From the NCBI GenBank assembly GCA_963823335.1, contig CAWGLD010000005.1, forward strand, positions 192,001 to 256,000: a stretch of DNA of 64,000 nt, written 5' to 3'. The notes under the pieces were generated by a model, which worked only from the letters and a program-made list of their open reading frames with translations, was not told the origin of the DNA and searched no databases. The DNA comes from an uncultured delta proteobacterium (GTDB lineage Bacteria; Desulfobacterota; Desulfobacteria; Desulfobacterales; B30-G6). Shown here piece by piece: positions 60,170-64,000 of this stretch (within the stretch, counting starts at the first letter, position 1; every line of letters begins with the position of its first letter). The position numbers were made by a program, and so were the translations under genes.

Positions 60170-60508
60170 ATGGGAAACGGAAATAAAATTCTACTGGAAG
60201 TGATGTACAAGGCAAGTTATTGCCTGCCCTGTTTCTATATGGATGAAACCGTACTCGAAATTCTCCCGCAATATGCAGATCAGGTGGAGTATCGTCGGGT
60301 GGAATTCATGAAGGGAAGTGGAAAGAAACGCTTTTTCGAGTTGTCTTACGCACTTTTCGGAAAGGAAAACGTCCACAAATATGCCCGTGTGGCACCTGTC
60401 CCCTCACTGTTTATCGATGGTGAACTGGTTTTCGATGCCATTCCGCCCATGTTCGAACTGGAAGAGGCGATTCTTGAGGCATTGGAAAAAAGGGGAATTG
60501 ATACTTGA
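60170..60508 (+). CDS. Thioredoxin-fold protein (C-L-P-C-F-Y-M)
   Basis: LLEVMYKASYCLPCFYM, APVPSLFIDGELVFDAIP. Confidence 0.82.
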   Translation: MGNGNKILLEVMYKASYCLPCFYMDETVLEILPQYADQVEYRRVEFMKGSGKKRFFELSYALFGKENVHKYARVAPVPSLFIDGELVFDAIPPMFELEEAILEALEKRGIDT

Positions 60509-60512
60509 AATT

Positions 60513-61031
60513 TTATTTTTCGATGCCGACGCGTGCCTTTACACCGCTCTGATAATAGTGCTTACGGGCTTTCATCTGGGTCACCGTATCTGCATTTTCG
60601 ATTACGCGAGGTGACGCATAGCGCCCGGTGATGATCAATTCCAGAGAATGGGGTTTGTTGATAATTAATCCCAGGAGATCGTTTGCGGCAATTAATCCGA
60701 GTCTGACGGCCACGGTGATTTCATCCAAGACCATCATGTTATATTTGTTTTCAGCCATGATGGTCCTAACCCGTTTTAACCCGATCTGGGCCGCGAGAAT
60801 ATCTTCGGGTTTGGGGTTCCTGTCGGTAAACGTTCCGAGACCGTATTGCTCTACCGTTATTTGGTCGCTGAGTCTTCTGAACGCTTTGATTTCACTATAC
60901 TCCCCTTTTTTTACAAACTGTGCGAAAAATATCTTGAAGCCTGAGCCTGCAGCCCTTATGGTCAGACCTATGGCTGCTGTTGTTTTCCCCTTGCCATCAC
61001 CTGTGAGAACATGTACATAGCCCTTAGACAT
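60513..61031 (-). CDS. cobO: ATP:cob(I)alamin adenosyltransferase (CobO/BtuR type)
   Basis: TGDGKGKTTAA, QFVK, LDE, ITGR, KHYY..G..AR.GIE. Confidence 0.9.
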   Translation of the reverse strand: MSKGYVHVLTGDGKGKTTAAIGLTIRAAGSGFKIFFAQFVKKGEYSEIKAFRRLSDQITVEQYGLGTFTDRNPKPEDILAAQIGLKRVRTIMAENKYNMMVLDEITVAVRLGLIAANDLLGLIINKPHSLELIITGRYASPRVIENADTVTQMKARKHYYQSGVKARVGIEK

Positions 61032-61182
61032 GATTTTCCCATTTCTGAAATGTTTGATTTAATACAGGATATTGCCTGTATTTATTAACAGTCGGCATTT
61101 TGACTGTCAATTCATTTTTATATGGCTGCATGCCGTGGCACCTCTTTTGTTGTCACACCGTTGTTGTAAGGGATAACCTGGA

Positions 61183-62487
61183 ATGTCCATTCTGTTTGAA
61201 AAAACGCGCCTCAACAATCTGACGCTGAACAACCGTTTTATTCGGTCTGCCACATGGGCCGGCATGGCAGGCGAAGACGGTATCGTGACACCGAAACTCC
61301 TAAAGCTGATGGGCGATCTTGCCGACGGGGGCGTGGGTCTGATTATCACCGGTCATGCCTATGTGCACCCGAATGGAATCCATTCTGCCGGACAACTTGG
61401 CATCGACCGGGATCTGCTTATACCGGGATTGGAGCAGATGACACGTTTGGTGCATGAGAAAAGCGCAAGAATTTTCGCCCAGCTTGGATACGGGGGCTCC
61501 TATCTGTCCCAATCCAGGGTGGCCAATATGTCGACCATGGATATAGGGGCTGTCAGTGACGCCTTCGCTTTGGCAGCGGACAGGGCCAGACGTGCCGGGT
61601 TTGACGGGGTTCAGATTTTAGCGGCCCACGGGTTTTTGCTGAGCCAGTTTCTCTGCCCGAGATACAACCCGCGTCGGGACGGATACGGGGGATCACTTGA
61701 AAACCGTGCCAGAATGCTACTGGAAGTTCTGAATGCCATAAGGAAAACAGTCGGTTCCGAATTTCCGGTGCTCGTAAAATTAAATGCCAGCGACGGGGTC
61801 GAAAACGGCATGACCCTGCAGGAATCCCTAAAAGTTGCCGATAGGCTTCAGGAAGAGGGGGTCGATGGTATAGAACTCAGTGGAGGCTTGTTGAACGTCG
61901 CCAATCTTATGGAGGCTAGCGGCGGCGATGAAGAGAACAACGTTTACTTCGAAGACGCAGCCGGTATCTATAAAAAATCCATTCATGTCCCTCTAATACT
62001 GGTGGGTGGTATTCGATCTTTTGCAAAGGCTGAAAGTCTGGTTTCATCCGGCACGGCTGATTATATCGGCATGTGCAGGCCCCTGATTTGTGAGCCGGAT
62101 CTGGTTTCCCGCTGGAAATCTGGAAACACGGAAAAGGCGTCATGCATTTCGTGCAATAATTGTGTTCAGGAAGCCATAAGAGGATCGGGGATAGCATGTG
62201 CGCCACCACAGGAAAAAAAAGTGGAACAGACCTTTTTTCCCCATAAGGAGATCCGGCTGCCTGCCGGACTTCCTTTTCCGCCGGGTACAAGTTATATTGT
62301 ATCCATCGGTCTTGAGCAATGGGGCGCCACCTACCTGCCGGTGACCAAGATTCAGATGCTTGTTAATGGGAAGACTCTGGGACACGGGCTCTCCATCCCC
62401 CAAGACAGTCGAGACAGACAGAAAATATTCCGGGTGGTAGAAACGCTCATGTCCGGGGATGTTGAGAAGGAAAACACCAACAAATGA
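61183..62487 (+). CDS. NADH:flavin oxidoreductase (old yellow enzyme family) with C-terminal extension
   Basis: NRFIRSAT, AGFDGVQ, AHGFLLSQFL, YGGSLENR, CISCNNC. Confidence 0.85.
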   Translation: MSILFEKTRLNNLTLNNRFIRSATWAGMAGEDGIVTPKLLKLMGDLADGGVGLIITGHAYVHPNGIHSAGQLGIDRDLLIPGLEQMTRLVHEKSARIFAQLGYGGSYLSQSRVANMSTMDIGAVSDAFALAADRARRAGFDGVQILAAHGFLLSQFLCPRYNPRRDGYGGSLENRARMLLEVLNAIRKTVGSEFPVLVKLNASDGVENGMTLQESLKVADRLQEEGVDGIELSGGLLNVANLMEASGGDEENNVYFEDAAGIYKKSIHVPLILVGGIRSFAKAESLVSSGTADYIGMCRPLICEPDLVSRWKSGNTEKASCISCNNCVQEAIRGSGIACAPPQEKKVEQTFFPHKEIRLPAGLPFPPGTSYIVSIGLEQWGATYLPVTKIQMLVNGKTLGHGLSIPQDSRDRQKIFRVVETLMSGDVEKENTNK

Positions 62488-63128
62488 TCAAAAATGTTTG
62501 GGTGCTGGGTGCGGGAAAATTTGGTCTTAAAGCGGTTGAGCGGGTCAAACAGATGCACCCGGAGGTGGATTTAACCGTTATTGATATAATAGAGCATCCC
62601 GGGTCGATGCTTTCAGCCCATGGCGTGGTGTATGTTCGCAGAGACGGGATCGAATTTCTCGATAAGAAGCTGTTAGAAACCGGAGGACCGGATTGGATTA
62701 TTCCGGCCATTCCGGTTCATGTAGCCTGTGAGTGGATAAAACGCAGGCTGTCCTCGATCCGTGCTGTTCAGAACATGAATCTGCCCGAACGGTTAGCAGA
62801 CCTGCTCCCCAACACCTTGCAGGGAACACACGGGGAATTGTACAGCAGCATGGCCGATTTTTTATGTCCGGACGACTGTATCGAACCCTATGGCATTTGT
62901 ACAATTACAAATGAGAAAAGGGCTTATCGGCTATACGATTTGCTGTCATCGATTCAGCTCGAGCCCTACAAAACAGTGGTTGTCAAAAGTCGGCAGATAT
63001 GTGCCGGTGTCGGGGGGTATCGGCCGGCTGACTTAATCGGCACCCTGGAAGATATCCGGCGGTATGACGCACCCATATTGTTGAGCACATCCTGTAAATG
63101 CCATGCGGTAGTAAGTGCTTTTCAGTAG
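62484..63128 (+). CDS. Hypothetical Rossmann-fold protein with Cys-rich C-terminus
   Basis: LGAGKFG, IIPAIPVH, CPDDCIEP..C, GVGGY, TSCKCH. Confidence 0.65.
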   Translation: MIKNVWVLGAGKFGLKAVERVKQMHPEVDLTVIDIIEHPGSMLSAHGVVYVRRDGIEFLDKKLLETGGPDWIIPAIPVHVACEWIKRRLSSIRAVQNMNLPERLADLLPNTLQGTHGELYSSMADFLCPDDCIEPYGICTITNEKRAYRLYDLLSSIQLEPYKTVVVKSRQICAGVGGYRPADLIGTLEDIRRYDAPILLSTSCKCHAVVSAFQ

Positions 63129-63261
63129 ACCCCATAGTTGCATAAACAACATGGCAAAGTATAGATAATAAGCTGTTATTATATACAATACCGTTGCGAT
63201 AGCGCCATTCTTTTGCAACACTGGGGTAGATTGTCCGGTCCAGGACATCTGACCTGGATAT

Positions 63262-63777
63262 CTATTTTTCGATACCCTTCCTTGCCGGAACACCTTTCTG
63301 GTAATAGTGCTTTATCTCTATCATCTCGGTAACAAGATCGGCTGCCTCCATGACGACAGGTGCCGCCCCCCTTCCCGTGATCACCAGCTCAATTTCATTG
63401 GGTTTGGCGGCAATAAGATCGAGAAGACGCTGGACGTCGAAAAGCCCGCAGGCGGTTGCCACGTTGCCCTCCTCGATGATGATTAGGTCGTATTTGCGGG
63501 AGAGAAGGACACGTTCTATACGCTCTAGACCGGCCTGCGCAGCATCGACCTCATCCTGGGGTGGTTTGTCCTTGATAAAATGACCAAGACCATACTGTTC
63601 GACACTAATGAGATCGGAAAATTTGGCAAGCGTTTTTATCTCGCTGTAATCACCCTTTTTCAGAAACTGGGCGATGAATACTTTCAGGTCAGCCCCGGCG
63701 GCGCGTATGGCTAAACCTATCGCTGCTGTGGTTTTCCCTTTACCGTTTCCCGTGTATATCTGTACAAATCCCTTCAT
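63262..63777 (-). CDS. cobO: ATP:cob(I)alamin adenosyltransferase (second paralog)
   Basis: YTGNGKGKTTAA, QFLK, ITGRGA, KHYYQKGVPARKGIEK. Confidence 0.9.
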   Translation of the reverse strand: MKGFVQIYTGNGKGKTTAAIGLAIRAAGADLKVFIAQFLKKGDYSEIKTLAKFSDLISVEQYGLGHFIKDKPPQDEVDAAQAGLERIERVLLSRKYDLIIIEEGNVATACGLFDVQRLLDLIAAKPNEIELVITGRGAAPVVMEAADLVTEMIEIKHYYQKGVPARKGIEK

Positions 63778-63998
63778 GGCTGTATCTTTCTTATCAGATC
63801 GTTTGGGATACATTTGTTTTCGAGTTCAATGATGACCGAGCTGCCAGGCTGGGCAAATGGGACCGGTTGATTATTTAGATCCTTTATCTCAATGATCTTG
63901 TCAATTGTATTGGGGCCCTTTTTCGTGATTATTTCAATTTTATCATGGCTATAAATTTTGTTCCTGACGTCTACCCGGGCATGTCGAGCATCGATTTC
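63774..63998 (-). CDS. Probable U32-family peptidase-like protein, C-terminal part (partial; runs off window end)
   Basis: Manual translation ...VDVRNKIYSHDKIEII...AQPGSSVII...NDLIRKIQP*; stop overlaps the cobO ATG (ATGA). Confidence 0.5.
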   Translation of the reverse strand, partial: EIDARHARVDVRNKIYSHDKIEIITKKGPNTIDKIIEIKDLNNQPVPFAQPGSSVIIELENKCIPNDLIRKIQP

Positions 63999-64000
63999 CT

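Overview
A 64 kb window from an anaerobic bacterium; gene content suggests a deltaproteobacterial, Desulfobacterales-like organism (inference). It has three blocks. (1) 1-23 kb: a putative N-heterocycle/pyrimidine catabolic locus with a frameshifted tungsten AOR, PreA/DHODH-like flavoprotein, UbiD decarboxylase, 3-hydroxyacyl-CoA dehydrogenase, M29/NicX-like protein, cupin, three-subunit xanthine-dehydrogenase-family enzyme, BMP-type nucleoside ABC importer and M20 amidohydrolase, followed by yqeB/yqeC/mocA selenium-molybdenum cofactor genes. (2) 23-33 kb: housekeeping genes (rarD, CYTH, PilZ, PBP1A, feoAB), gene remnants and three families of intergenic repeats. (3) 33.5-64 kb: a large corrinoid methyltransferase region with an MtrH-like protein, two MtaA/CmuA-like proteins, a corrinoid protein, a RACo activator, DUF1638, DUF2284, V4R/PAS two-component regulators, 3 CobW, 2 MeaB, 2 CobO and BtuF, plus six thioredoxin-fold proteins, a thioredoxin reductase and a DsrE protein. 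Main result: four genes in block 3 that the ORF track truncates or splits contain in-frame TGA codons at catalytic Cys positions. Each TGA is followed by a SECIS-like hairpin with a GG-containing apical loop. They are a DsrE (UPPC), two thioredoxin-fold paralogs (UIAC, UIPC) and an MtaA/UroD-type methyltransferase (APG-U-D). Together they point to a selenoprotein-rich, B12-dependent methyl-transfer system of unknown substrate.
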